From the NCBI GenBank assembly GCA_043228905.1, contig JBHGNT010000013.1, positions 15,810,001-15,874,000 of the forward strand: DNA of 64,000 nt, read 5' to 3'. A program made the translations under genes and the position numbers. How positions within the stretch are numbered: position 1 is the stretch's first letter; each line of letters opens with the position of its first letter. The notes under the pieces are model-generated. The model was not told where the DNA came from. It searched no databases and saw only the letters and a program-made list of their open reading frames with translations. Positions 39,001 to 53,600 of this stretch are shown in pieces. Source of the DNA: Azolla caroliniana. Its lineage: Eukaryota > Plantae > Polypodiophyta.

Positions 39001-42000
39001 TTATATCAAAGGCGAACCCAACCCAATGCCTAGCTCATCAGCAAGGCCATCCCAAAGTGGTAGTAACAAAAGGATAACCAGTACTAAGGCTAGTGTAAAG
39101 GCAATCTGTCTACCAGTTCCTACCTCGGTCACATCATTTAGGCATGGCTTTTCAGGTTCTCTCTGTTGGAAACATATAAAAGAAGATTAGACCAAGACTG
39201 ATTCCATCGCATGAAGCAAGACAGCATTACTGATTCTATTATTATGACACAAGAGAGATTTACTTGGCAAATCAATATATAAAGCCCCCATGGAAGAGAT
39301 AGTGGTCCTCCTAGCTGCAGTTTAAATTGACACAATCACATTAATTTTCTGTTTTGCAATTACGAAGCACTTGCAAAAGAATGGCAAAAGACATACCACA
39401 CCAAGTCCAAGCAATAGATATGTACCCAATGCAAATCCTGTCAGGGCAGCCTTCCCAAATGCTGCCTGTAAGTTTTAACCATGCTATTAGCAGCCAAGAA
39501 CATGCTTGCTAGAAGATATTCCAACTATCTGTTTTACTCTCAAATATTGGCATAATTATTTTACAAGATATGGTTATCTTTGGAGCATGTTCCCTTGCTA
39601 ATGGAACGGATATGTGATCAACATATTACTATGAGGATCAACTTCAGTGTTGATAACCCTCAAACATGTCTTAGAGAGTGCAATGGGATTCTTGCAATAG
39701 GAAAATATACTTGAATCACTCAAACAGTGATAATCCAAAGACCTAATAGTTGAGATAGAGATATTATCCAATGATGGCCCAAATGAGGGATAATGACCAA
39801 TTCCATGACACTGCTAGATTCCAAGAGTAATCTAAGGAGAGAATGGTGTTCTCCAATTCTGCAAGGTAATTCAAAACATACAAAACAGAATGTTTTCCCA
39901 ACTCTTTTAGTTACTCCATTAAGGTTCAGGAAAACATTCCAAACATAGCAAACATAAGGTTTTCAATACATTAAAAAGAGCATGTATGGATTCTCTCCTC
40001 CAAGTGACTCTCTGATAGACTTTCCAAATATAGAACTAAACATGTAGGTTGTGGTTGCAAGAAATTCGAAGCGAGCGGGGGAAACGGAAGTCAAAAGTAA
40101 ACCATACACACAATATGTCCACAAGCAAGAAAACTGAAGTCTATAAAAGAGGTAGATGTTTCCAATTGGAAATGATGGAAGCATTCTAAGTACCTTTCCA
40201 CACATCCTAACTCCAGTGGATTACATCCAACCCAAGTGGTTGTAAAACTTAACTTCTAGATCAATGGCAAATACGAAATGTGTTTTCCCCACATTGTGTC
40301 TTGTTATTGGCTGACAGTTTTCATCAAAAAATGACCTTATGATATGACCCAATCAGGAACTTTGTTCTTTTCTTGCCAAACAATATGGAAGAACCTAATC
40401 AATTAACACCAACTTGGTATTGGACAATCAATTTTTGTGTTGAACACTACTGATGTATACCATAAGTTGGTTGAAGATAGAGCTTGGTTAGCAACTAAGG
40501 TTTTAGACACATGGTACATTACTCGACATGTAAAGTGGTGGCGTTGAGTTTTGGATGCAGGATGGCAGTCTCATCTTCCGTTCAGTGCTAAGGTCTTTCT
40601 TTGGCATGTGATTGTTGGCGATGGCTTTAAAACGTAGAAATATTTTAAATGGGACATGGTTTTTTTGCACGGTGGTTGAGGAAGATGCCAAACATAGGTT
40701 CATTACATGTCCGGTTGCTAAAGCCATTTGGGTTGTTATATCACAAATTTGGGCATCGATAACAGGCAATATTCTATCACTTTTTAACTGGGTTTTTATT
40801 AATGACGATAAAGGCATGCCCGCACCATCATATAAGGTCGTGTTTGACTACCTTAGGTATTGGGGGATGTGGTTTAATTGGACCATGAGAAATGGGTTCT
40901 TGTTTGATGACCTTCATGGGGTAACACAACAACTCCGTAGGATGAAAGGGTGGATGCAAGAATAAATAGTTCCATTAGTAAGACTTGGGTCCTACCCTAG
41001 CCAATTATAGGGAAATGGACAGACGGCTGTAACATAGTTGAGAAGATATACGTGTGGGTCTACACAGATCAAATGGAGCATTTACAAGGTGTCCGTATGT
41101 GGCTATCCAATGGAAGTAATCATAGTTCCAGATCAGCCTGGCTACATTTCTACCACTGCTACTATTGTATTATGTACAAGAGACCAGTTTGATAAATAGA
41201 CATTAAAGTTCAATCTTTCAAAATTTACCTGCATGGCTCTGCCTCCATCCAAGCAACCCACAGGAAGAAGGTTAAATGCAGTTGTGGTTAATCCACACCT
41301 ATAATATTATTAAAGAGAATAAGCACTTGAGTGTACAAATGAAATCATTTAACAGTTTGAGCATTTGAATAACCATAACCAAATAAATGCTTTTCTATGA
41401 GCAATTCCTTCACAATAAGAGAAGCTTACCAGCCTGCAAGTACAAGAGGATGAATGGAGATAGTGGCAGCATGCATTGCTCTGAAATAAAAGGGTCTCCT
41501 TACTTTAGAGACATTCAGCATGCAATTAAATTGATAAATATCAGTAAGCTAGAAAAGGTCAGAAAGTGATCTGATGTCAATAGTTCAACCCAAGAAACGC
41601 GCAGAAAACCATGACAGGTTACTGAAGGAGCTAGTTTTTATATGGATCATGGCTTATTTAGATTTTCTTATGTCTTTAACAAGAGACGTAAAGGTGTAAA
41701 GAATGGCATTATATCGAAAAATATCAGTAAGCTACAGTTCAACCCAAGCAACACACAGAAAACCATTACTGATTACTGATGGAACTAGTTATTATATGGA
41801 TCATGGTTGATTGCATGACTTCGTGCGTAAGTTGTATCACAGAGAAAAAGGGGATGGACAGAATATGCAAACAACTCCAGCAAAAGTGTTAAAATATATA
41901 GGTTCCAACTTTACCGATGTAAAGCTTTTAGAGAGCTTTTTTTTTGTAAGAAAGGATTCCTGAATTATGAATGATCAGAATGTCAGAATGTAAAAGGACA

Positions 42001-45000
42001 TACTCATATCCTAGTGCATTTCTGCTTAAAACCCCAAGAAGTAATGATCCTTGGAAAAGCATGCTTGGAACTTGCACCAGATCACTAGCTGCTACAGGAT
42101 TGGTGGAAAGTGATAGACCAACACCGAGCATTGCAAGAGACAAAAAGCCACCTGCCAAGGGGCCTGCCAATGAAATATCAAATTTTGCTGTGCGGTCGGG
42201 CAGGATGGATCTGAACTGCATACATATACAAAAAATATAGTAATTGGCATCTTATACATGCTACAATCTGATACTAAGAGAGCTATTTTAATTTCTTATT
42301 CTAGATTCACGTGTTCAATGGGAACAGCATCAAAGATCTTGCAATATTCTTTCAGATCTAGTTGATTACTTCTCATAGTTAGGTAACCACTTATTTCATA
42401 ATCATTCCAACACATAGCCATACTTCCGATTCCATTTCGTTCCTGTACCTATGACATCTTAGGGCTATTTCCAAGCGCTATACAGGCTTTAGTTCTTGCT
42501 ACTCTGGCCGCAGATTATATAGGGGAGTTGATGGAGGGTCCTCATTAGATGATATGGAATTGACCAATTCCACAACTTTATTGATACTGTGGTATTGATC
42601 TTTAGGCAATAATCATCCATTGGATCACTGTGGTTGTAAAAACCGTTTCTGTAGTATGATAATACAACAATGCAAACTGTTGTTTCCCTTCCTCTTTCAA
42701 TTAAAAAAACTGGAAAGATGGGCAGGGAAGGGGTGGGGAAGGGCGGCCTGTCTGGCTGCTCCCTTCTCGTCCAACCCTCCATTACATCCCAATGGTTGAG
42801 ATGTCACTATAGATTTTGGACTTATTCTTCAAAAAAGCAACATGGTCTTATATGTGTTTAAAGAATTTAATAGAGATCCAAGTATGCATGTTTGCATGGA
42901 CAATACATCCAATGAGGATATAAAAGTGCATTTTTCCTACATAGATTTAAAACCATCTACGTAAATTACCATCTCTATTTAGTCCACGGTGCCTTACACA
43001 TTGATTTCCACCCTAACAAGCCCTTGGTTGGTGGTTGGCATCCTTGCCCCATTAGGCAGCAAAATATTTTTGTATCTAGAGTATGTCATTTTCCATTGAT
43101 CAGCTGTATGTATGGGCAGTATTTTCCATATATATGCTGAAACATTTTTGCCTTCCTCATTCAGTAATGACTACTACCTAGCTAGAGCATCTATGGAGTT
43201 TTCCATCTCATGCAGAACTTTCCAGGTGTCACATGTATATCACTGCCTCCTCATCTTGGTAGAGTTTTATCTTCTCATTACCCAATAAATTATTGTGTGC
43301 ATACTGCTGCTGTATTTTAAAAATTCCCAGAAAATTGTAGTTAACGCCGAATTCTTTCTTTTTAGGGGGTGCTAAAATGAGCAAATAGTCATGTTTTAAG
43401 CCTTTGCCAGTCATCTCTATCATCTATTTACTGTCCCAACTTTGATACATAGATTCATCAGCCATCGATTCATCCCTCTCATGTCTATTTTCATTTCAAG
43501 CCCTGTGCACTAGTCAGCAGTTGAGTAGAAGTAACAAGTAGCAGATTCATGGTATTGGTCATTGTCACACGGCTGTTATTTCTTGCAAGAGGTTTTTTAT
43601 ATGATTATCCCAAGGATTGAAGGCAATTGGATGTATTTATGTGTGAAACAGCTATTCGAACATGTTATTCTAACACACTTTTCCAAGTTAATTTATACTT
43701 TATAAAGCAAATTATTTTTATTACTTAATAACTTTAACATTAGGCTTTTCTAGCATGATGTTTTCTACAAGAAATGTGCTTGCGAAAAAAACTTGCATTA
43801 GCAAAAATGCCCTCTAATCACTACATTTCTCGCTTCCAATGGCCCTTCTCACCTCCTACTTGCTCTTTTTCCTCCATTTCCAACAGACACTATTCAAATA
43901 ATTTTGGAAGGTCCCTTTCATTTTCTAAAATCTCCCTATTTTTAGTATATTTGTATTTTAGATTAGCTTTTAATCTTCAGAATTATCTTAGAAGCATTGT
44001 ATAAATATGGTTTTGTCACTAGAACAATGAAAAGAATAATCAGTATCTTCACTTGCTTCAGGATCAATAGGTGAGCAGCAATTGGTTAATCACCCCTCAC
44101 TCAAGACATGATTGATCCTTCATCAAAAGGATAACCTCTGTTTTATTCTCAAAATACACATTCTGTTTTAGCTTATTTGAGGTCAAAGATTACTGGCCGT
44201 ACTCTTAATGGATTGCTTTTGCAATTTGACATGTCATTTTCTCCTGTGCAGCTTTTCTTCCCAAAATCTTGTTCAGCTTCCACTAAAGTCACACCAAGGA
44301 GATGGTAGGCAGAAGAAGACTTTTGAAACTTTGGAACCATTTTTCTCGTTTCTGCACCCAGCTTTGTGATAAGTATGCTATCTACTAAACCTTATGCCTG
44401 TGAGCCATTCATTCCAGCAACAGAGAGAAATATTGCTTTCCTGATTTACGCCTTGAGAGGCCTTCCGCCAATCAGCTGCAGAAACTGCTCACCTCTGAAA
44501 GGTTCCAACAAGATAGGCTATAATAGGGGCTAAATCTACTGTGAACTGAGCTTCACTAAAGGAAGAAAGATTGCTATAATAAGTGTTACAAAAGTTGGTC
44601 TCATATGGATAATGACTAGGAGAAACCCCCTAGTGAATCTGTTCTAGTTGACATATCTGATGAATTGGTGCTTTGATCAATCTCTCATACTGTCATATCC
44701 CCCTTATCGGAGATTGTTCATGTCTTGGCTCTGCTACTCAGCTTGATTTCTGACAGTGAGCCTATGTATCTGGTGTTTGTAAGTTTAGATTTCTGTGACT
44801 TTTGCTTTCAACACTGTGCTTTGTACCAGAGCAATAATGCTCATGCTTAATAAGTTCAAATATAATGGAGAGTGAGGTATGGATAGGCAGAAGAACCATG
44901 CTACGAATGAAAGAGACTAAGAGCAAATGTTTAAGAAAAACCAAACGACTATTATAAGCATTAGTGCTCAAGGCCCACAATAGATGGCAAATAAAAATCT

Positions 45001-48000
45001 GAATCCTCCATTAACTAATCAGCACGCACTGCTTCTAAAAATGTTTTGGCTAACCTCTTTACTGGAACACGCATGCATGCATGAGTCTATATTAATATAC
45101 ATATATTGCAAATTAACGTTAGTAGTTGTGTAGCTCATTAACATTATCCACTTGCTACCAGTTTGTCACATATAAATACCAAAAAGTACCTGTGTAATGG
45201 CTCCAAAGCTGCCAAGTGTAATGTTAGGAATGAAGTATGGAATTCCCAGTTTTACTTTCCTTCGAGCAGCAGCAAGAAAATGTCCCACTTCCTGATTGAA
45301 GTGATCCGACAGAGCTTAGAAAATGTGAGAATTAGATTCCTGTGCAGTAAAAAAGTGCAAATTGCATATGGCCCATCGGGAGAATAAATAAGAAAGGAAA
45401 AAAAGAAGAAGAGAGAAAGACAGGAGAAAGAGATAAGAGGTATGAAAACTAGAAATAATAAAGTATCACAACGAGGAGCTATATATTTTCAGAAAAAATA
45501 GAACTTGGGGGAAAAGAAGATTATAATGAAGATTAAAAAGAAAAAGATGCATATGATAGACAAACGAGTAATACTAGCAATTACTACTTCTGCTTATAGA
45601 CAGGTTGAATATTGAAACAAGAATTCCAAAAAACTCTAAAGCACTCCTAATTGCATAATAATTAGATGTGATTGTGGTAGTTAAATTCGTCTACTGTTTC
45701 TAAGAAAAGTTATGTGAATGCCCCACGTGGAAAATTTGCACTCCTAGGACTCCATAAGTTAGGGGCATTGCAGACTCCACATATGGAACCAATGTGTTCA
45801 AGTCTGGTGGCTCCACAGCATCTGGATTTGTAAAATATCTGACTACCTCCGGTGGCAGTTTCGAAAGCTGCAGAACAGATTCATCATTAATGGGAGAAAG
45901 AATATCAAGTTTGAACTAGTACTGAAATATTCGTACCTGTGATGCAATTCCCAGCTCTAGACAGGATCCTGCAGTAATGAAAAATAGTACAAAAGCAATT
46001 ACAAACTGCCATAAAGTTGTTGACTTTGGCTCAGAAACTTCTTTCCGTAAGAGGACAAAACTGACCCGAGGGCCACCTCGTGGATCTAATTCTTCTGAAT
46101 TTGGTTCTTCCACCATGAAGAGGTTATATTTGGATCCTGTAACCTCTCTTAACTGACGCTGAAGCTTTGTGAATACTTCCTCCCTTTTGCCTCTTAGATT
46201 ACCTATAAAAAGAACTCCTGCACCTAGATCCCCAAAAGGTTCCTGGCCAGTTACCCAGAAAGTACTGTAACCAAAAACTTTTTCCCTTAAGATTTTGACA
46301 TCATCTGGATCAACTTTCTCTGGACCAAGCAGATCCAAAAGTTTAAAGGCGTCCATCTGCAGCGTGATAGATTCTGGAACTGGTTTATGACCTGTCTGAA
46401 CAACAAGAGTTCCACGTTGGGAAAAGAGGAGTAAGTCATTATTTCTCAGTCTATATCTCACAGCGAAAATATTAAGACATGCGTTTGCACTATCGGTAGA
46501 TTCCTGAAACATCCAAATACATGGTAATATGTAACCGTAAATTCAAAGTATCTAATCTTGCAGTTACAACATATTGGCTATACCTATTGTCTCAATTTCT
46601 CTAATAGAATAGTTGAGGATATTCAGAAACTAACATATTCCAGAATACTTTTCGGAATACCTGGGTCTCAATTGTAGATGTTATCATAAGCATGCAAAGA
46701 ACGTTTTGATAAATATTTTGAGACATTAGGCATCAATGAATTCATCAAATATAGGAGCCTTATAGAATATCTTACAAAATCCAACATTGAACAATTTGCA
46801 AAACATAAGCAATGCAATAGTTCTAGGGTTTGATAAGGAATCTCAACATATCCTCATTTTGATATGGTAGACAGTATCTTTCTCGTATCCAGCCAATCTA
46901 GGATGGAACTCCAAAAATAGAATTGACATTAGAGCGTTGATCTGCATAGAACCCAGTGATCTCAGAGGATGTAATCGGTTTTAACAAGGGAGACTTTAAC
47001 AAGTGTCTCCCGTAACAAAATAAACATTCCTCAAAGCTGAGTTTTAGAAAGGAATGAAAAAAAAAGTGCACTATTCATGATATGACATCAATAATCCACA
47101 ATGATCAACCTTCCTGGATGCAAAATAGAAGGTCCTATAACATGATGCATTCAAATGCCCAACTTTATTCCTCATCACAAGAAAATTGCACAAAGTTAGT
47201 ATTAGATTTGCAGGATATTCTTGTCCACCTCCTTTCCTATTACAAAATTTCTATGATGTTTATCATGCTATTTAATTCCCTGGAAAGATTGGTGGCTGTT
47301 TAATAATATGCCTGAAGTTTTTTGTAATATATGTTCAAGGTCCAAATTTCCGGATTCCTTATGCTTCGCTGGATGCTCTTCATACAGCATAGGACATTTT
47401 ATGTCTCGCTTTGAAGTATATTATTGTTTTTGCCAATTTTCGGCATCAAGTCCATTCACTACGTAAATGAAGCTTTTCTTCTGATGATGTATTCAAAGGT
47501 TTTTGAGGCCATTTTGGTCATTCTAAAGTAAAAGAAAGTAAACTTTCAGAATCAACTCTATTCATCAGAGGTTTTGAGAGCATTTTAATTAGTCTTGGTT
47601 TTAAAAAGAACACAAATTTTCACTGGTCAATCTATTCAATAGAAAAATGAAGGCACTTGTTTCTATGAGACACAATTCGGTCATATAAGCCAGCACAATC
47701 TTCGAGGAGAAGGATACATAAAGAGTCGTACCATACCTCATTGGGCTGTGACGGGGATGTAGGCTCTGGTTCATTGGTCGCGACTGTGGTCGTCTTTCTA
47801 TCATTCTCGTCTTCTTCTTCGTCACGATCACCACCTGATGGTCCAGAGACATAACACCTAAACCTTCTTCCGCGCAGGTTTCTGGATGAAACCACACTTC
47901 CACAGTACTGCATATTTCCTCTGAAGTAGGGCTGGAGTGGATGAGATTTGTAGGAGAAACAACAAAGGGATCCTCCTCCTCCTCCTCCTCCTCCCATGGC

Positions 48001-48180
48001 GGCTCTCGCTCTTCCATGTCCTCTTGCGGCATGTCTCCTCCTGCTGCTTCTTGCAGCTATCTCCAGTTCAGCAGGTTTGGGGAGGGGGGAAGAGGATTGC
48101 TGCTGGGGGGGTGGGATGGTGAGGAAAGCCGAAGGAGGAGGGGAAGACAGAGAAGCCATGGCATCGGGCGGCCTAGGCAT
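39001..48180 (-). CDS. EGY1: Plastid M50/site-2-protease family zinc metalloprotease EGY1, multi-exon (start at 48180 or 48159)
   Basis: Ser/Pro-rich transit peptide; [42 protein letters not shown]; HE..H motif (IFH|EVGH) split by an intron at ~45727/45291; [14 protein letters not shown]; DISLAGP; [15 protein letters not shown]; [12 protein letters not shown]; [13 protein letters not shown]. Stop at 39001-39003. Confidence 0.94.
40500..41223 (+). mobile_element. Degenerate LINE (L1-like) ORF2 3' fragment in an EGY1 intron, antisense to the host gene
   Basis: ORF 40612-40965 has a C-terminal zinc-binding remnant ([32 protein letters not shown]) typical of plant LINE zf-RVT regions. It ends in an A-rich tail next to the exon at ~41229. 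Confidence 0.65.
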
Positions 48181-48720
48181 ACACAGAGAGAGACACGCAC
48201 AGAGACAGAGACAGAGACAGAGAGAAGCTTATCGCAAGGGGGAGCTCAAGCTCAGCTATTTGTTTGTTTGTTTATTATCTCCGTCGTTCATTTGGAGAAC
48301 GATGATGGATGGATTTCATTGTTTTTTTGTTTACAATTCAATTCATTCAGATTCTTCTTCTTCTTCTTCTTCTTCTCTAAAAACACTCCTCCTCTTTTTA
48401 TCTCATTATTGTTTATCATTACTAGTGTCTGCTGAGTACATAATACTGTTTATTATTAACATAAATAGTGAGTATATTATTATTATTATCATAACTTCTG
48501 ACTTAAGTTGAAGGCATCTGCCTATTGCCTGGCTTCATTTGTCCATAGTTTAAGACTTTCCATTATTCCATGGCTTCCTTTGGTTCAATCATTCCCCATC
48601 GGCATGGTATTGACCTCATGTTACATGGTATTGACCTCATGTTACATTGTTACAACCGAGGGGGGGGAAGATGTTCAATAGAGGTAAGAGTGTTCCACTT
48701 GTTAGAGAAGACTTGGTATG

Positions 48721-49116
48721 CACATGTGTCGCAAGTGCTTGGCCTTCGGGGCCCTCCCCTCTTATGGGATAAGAGCCCATGCATATACTTCTAGACCTTC
48801 AAAATTAGCATTCGATAGCGTGACAACTTTTCATTGCACTGTCTAAACGGTCGGGCTTTTACCATGCAATCAACCTATCGTCATCTGGCTTTCGACTCCA
48901 TCGGAGATTTGGTTTCCACATGTGTCGCAAGTGCTTGGCCTTCGGGGCCCTCCCCTCTTATGGGATAAGAGCCCATGCATATACTTCTAGACCTTCAAAA
49001 TTAGCATTCGATAGCGTGACAACTTTTCATTGCACTGTCTAAACGGTCGGGCTTTTACCATGCAATCAACCTATCGTCATCTGGCTTTCGACTCCATCGG
49101 AGATTTGGTTTCCACA
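48721..49116. repeat. Apparently perfect 196-bp tandem duplication between EGY1 and MTP7
   Basis: Unit CACATGTGTCGCAAGTGCTTGG...GGAGATTTGGTTTC starts at 48721 and again at 48917. No mismatch seen. Confidence 0.9.
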
Positions 49117-50655
49117 CGAGACCTTTTTCAAGGATGACAGATATCATTATTATTCCCAATAGGTTTAGCCTACAACATGACTTTGTAAAGCATGGGAGTT
49201 GAAAATGGCATGCTTTAAATTGTTGTCATTCAAACATTAAACCTATCCCCTAAATCATGAGTGGAAGCATGGACAAAAAAGCATAGATAAGTGGTTGGAG
49301 TTTAAACCATGTACATAAACTTCATGACTTAGAATTTTAATGGTTTCCTAAGTCAACACTTATGGGTTTTAATGAGTCATGATGTGTGTTTAGACATGAA
49401 CGAGGACACTTTCTAAAAGCATGATTTGAAGAGTTTTGGTTTAATACATCGTGTAAGTGACATTGGAAATGGTTGCATGTTGTATTGCGTGTAGGTTCAG
49501 GCCATTGGTTAACTTATTGAAATTTTAAACTTCTAGGTGTATAATGACTATGGTTTCTAGCATTTAACAAGGTCCCGGTTCCAACTCCTAAGAAATAATA
49601 AAATGGTATGTTCACTATAAACAAGAGCTTCATAAGTCTCGCTTGGGATCATTGCTACAAATTGTTTACAATAATGGCATTAATAGTTAGAGTGCAATGA
49701 AAAAAGGAGTGGAAACCATGGACAAATTTCAGCATATTCCAATTAGATACATTGATATTATCTTCAGAAGGAGCAACAGGTAATAAAATGTCCATGGATG
49801 ATCGAAATAGAGCTATATATAGAGAGAGAGAGGATCGAGCATCACAATTAACACCCCTAGCAGGTAATTCCTGTTTGAGCAACATTAACATTGATTGATA
49901 TTATCTTCAGAAGGAGCAACAAGTAATGACCATGGACGATCGAAACAAAGAGAGAGAGAGGGGGGGGGGGAGAGAGAATCTAGCATTGTGATTAATGATG
50001 GGATTGGGTGGTTAGTTCTTCTGATTATAAAATGGTCCCGCTCACCATCATGGATTTTCCGGATTTCTATTAGGTTTCCATAACATCAATTTCTTGGCTC
50101 TAATCAAGACCCTGGCCCAATATGTATATGTGGTTCATGTTTGCTGTGGGGACACCTGGCAAGACCAAAGTATGTACATACGTACATATGTATGTATGTA
50201 TGTATAATGTATGTATGTACACATAGTACCACCAAAATATCCTACTTCCTATATGGTCCAAGGATTAAGCCCACACATAAACACACACACAGACAGACAC
50301 ACATACAGACAGACAAGACAGACAGATAGGAGAGCCATAGCTCCCCTTGCGAGAGTGAGTGAGTGAGTGAGTTATAGCTATGGCAGACCAATCCACAACT
50401 CCCAACAGGAGGACCCTGATCGTCTGTGTATACGTCTGTGCATCTGTGAGCGAGCGAGCCAGAGAAGACAGACAGAAGAAAATGATGTTCTGACGTCTTC
50501 CTCTCTCTCCTTCCTCCTCCTCTTTTTCTTTTTCCTTTCTTTTCTTTCTTCTTCTTCGACATTAGCAGCACAATTGAGCGTTCTTGTTTCCTGTAACTGC
50601 CACAATTCAGTTAGAAGGAGCAATCGCCTCCGACGCTGCAATTGTTGTTGCTGTG

Positions 50656-53600
50656 ATGCGAGTGAGAAGCATGCTTCGTCGATCTTCTCCCTCAATACTC
50701 AGAGAGATTTCTTCTTCATCTTCTTCTTCCCGTTTCCCTGTGGACATCTTGACATTAGAATGTGGTTCATTTTCACTTCACAAGGCTTTCTTCTCCACAA
50801 AGCTTAAGTTCTGTAATTCTCAGACTTTCGCACATTCTCAACAAGAACCCGGACCAACATTGTTTACAGACGATGCTTTTTCATCTCCTTCTTCAGAGCA
50901 GTTCATAGACCATAAGAGATCACAAGGTGAGGATATACCGAAGGTTACCAATGGACATAATGAAGGTTATCAATTGCTATAATGAAGGTTATCAATGGAT
51001 ATAATGAAGGTTATCAATGGATATAATGATCCCATCTTTCTCATTACATACATACGTAGTATGCTAATATTCTCAGTGATCATAATTATCTCTCAGTTAG
51101 ATAGCTTTTTCTTTTCTGTTTCTCTTTGTCAATACATAAACAGGTAGAGTCCAAATTGTAGAGAAGGTTAATGGCCATTTCAGGTCACAGAAATTTAATT
51201 TCTTGCCAAAAAGCTCAGCAGTTACAGCAGGAGACGTCTTCTCTCATAGCAGAGGTACTTGGCTTTCCCAAATAACTAAAAGGATTTGTTTTAATTTTCT
51301 TCTCTACTTCTTCTTTTAATGATGCTTAGAACAGAATCCTGAAAGTGAAAGCCATTTCAGGCTAGTGATCATTGATTATTTGTCCCATAAGCTGCTTGTT
51401 TGACAATAGTAACTGATTCTACTTGAATCCAGAAGCCATTTCATCAAACCTAATGAACTGGACCATCAGCAGGGCCCATCTTCTAGTTTTGAGGGTGTGC
51501 CTTGCGCTTTTCTGTCAATTTTTCATTAAAAGTTGAGTTCAATGGAAGAGATCAGAAAAAGGTTCATTATTTGACTATTCTAATTAAATTTCAAAGCTGT
51601 AAGTATAAACGTTCATGTCATTGTGAATGATGAAGAAAGTTGGAACTTTCATTAAATCACGTTAACAAGATATCTGCCAATATGTATCATAAAAGTGGAG
51701 GCCAAACATCTGTCATATTTGAGTTCAGTATTTTATGCATCATCGATAACTTTACGTAATAGGATTGGCATGTTGATATTTACCAAGCTGTTTCAATTCC
51801 AGCTTTATGAAAATAAAATAGTCAATAGGTTAGAGAGTGCTTTTAAATGATATGCTATCTGTTCTTTGCGTGCCCAAAGGAGAACTTCATACATGCAGTT
51901 CGTTATTGACACGACTTTTAGCTCCATGGCAAGTCACCTTTCTTTGATTATTGTCCGAATGGGTTTGGTTGATGTTCTCAAAATGGTTGGCTCAAGCAAT
52001 AAAAACAATAGATTTATCTTCTGTCAGGCCCATAAAGCAATCATCTGCACGGTTTCTTAATCATCTTTCCCGGTTTCTTTGCTATTATTCTTGCATGCAT
52101 TCCTAATATTAGACTGTCTAATTCCTGGAGGTTTGATCTTTTGTAGCCTACAGTTCAGATGCTATAAATGGAGGTCAAGATAATTTTACTGCTCCTGAAA
52201 TACAAGACCACAGGTAGTTTGCAATCAGAATGTCAGAGATTTCGTTCCCCTCTACATAGTTGTAATATATTCCACCAATTATCACTATCTTGAATTTGCA
52301 CACCAGTAATTGTGATAAGCCATTATTTGATTTATCTTGCTGTTGCTTGTCGATGAATGTTATTTTACTTCCCTATAACTTGAATCATGATACATTCTGA
52401 TCGAGTTGAAGTTGTGGCAATAGCAGCACACATACCATGCTTTTAATTTAGTGCATTATAGGCAGAACAGTATAATTTAACCTGTTGTTTTAATTATATA
52501 TATTTGAAGCTTCATTTGATTTTGTCTGATGTAAAAATGTTGTTATCCAGTCAAAAAGCTGTCATTATTGCACTGTGTTGCAACTTTGTTGTCTTCTCCT
52601 TGAAGTGTGGTGTGTGGGTAATGACCACAAGCCATGTAATGCTTGCGGAAGCTGTCCACTCTCTAGCTGATCTTGCCAATCAGGTAAGCAAACTGCACAA
52701 GAGGTCTCAGAAATATAAAATGACACACTAGAATTTGTTTAAAATTTCATAAAATGTCATAAAATTTCGATATTTGTTGAAGTACTTATGACAAGTTAAT
52801 AAATAGAAACTAGGCAATCATTTTACATCTTACATAACTAACCTATTCAGAATGAATTCAAGTTCACAATTTGATTTCGCCATGCAGGCCTTACTGGCAT
52901 ATGGTCTTATCAGTTCCAGGAGAGCACCTGATGATTTGCATCCGTGTGTAAATAGTCTGTTTTAAAATATTTATAATTATAAAAGTAGGAAATGCTATAT
53001 GTTACATTTTTATTCCTATGGCGTTTTGTAATAAGGTATTATGATTTGTGAAAATTGTTTGTCTGAAAAGAACTTCTGCTGAATTGGCTGCTTCTTTTCA
53101 GGTATGGCTATTCAAAGGAGAGGTTTGTTTGGTCACTTATATCAGCTGTTGGTATATTTTGTTTAGGTTCTGGGGCAACAATTGTTGATGGAGTTTCAAA
53201 CCTATGGAAAGCAGAGGTTTTGATTCTGTTCTAGGTTTTTGATGACGAATTTTAGCTTTAACGTGTTCCCATATGGTTTCTGTAATATATTGCTTTGGCA
53301 GGCTCCAGATAATGTATCTATCGCAGCTATGGTTCTTGCTGGTTCCATGATAATGGAAGGTAGACATATTTTTTTATGGAAAATCAAGTTAAAAATTTGT
53401 ACATTGTGTTTGACCATTGATGCTCATGAATGCACGATTTCAGGTGTTTCTTTACTTGTTGCCCTAAATGCTGTGCGTAAAGGTGCAGCTGCGGAAGGTA
53501 TGACCATGTGGGATTACTGCTGGCGTGGTCATGATCCAACTGCTGTTGCTGTTATGATGGAGGTAGGAGGGGGAAAGTGGAGATACTTGGCCGTAATTTC

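Noticed and set aside
43100-44750. Possible decayed retroelement coding sequence in the long EGY1 intron
   Set aside because: No diagnostic motif could be read with confidence without alignment tools.
105-48180. SPPA and EGY1 as a plastid-protease gene cluster
   Set aside because: They are 33 kb apart with unrelated genes between them; nothing in the sequence supports functional clustering.
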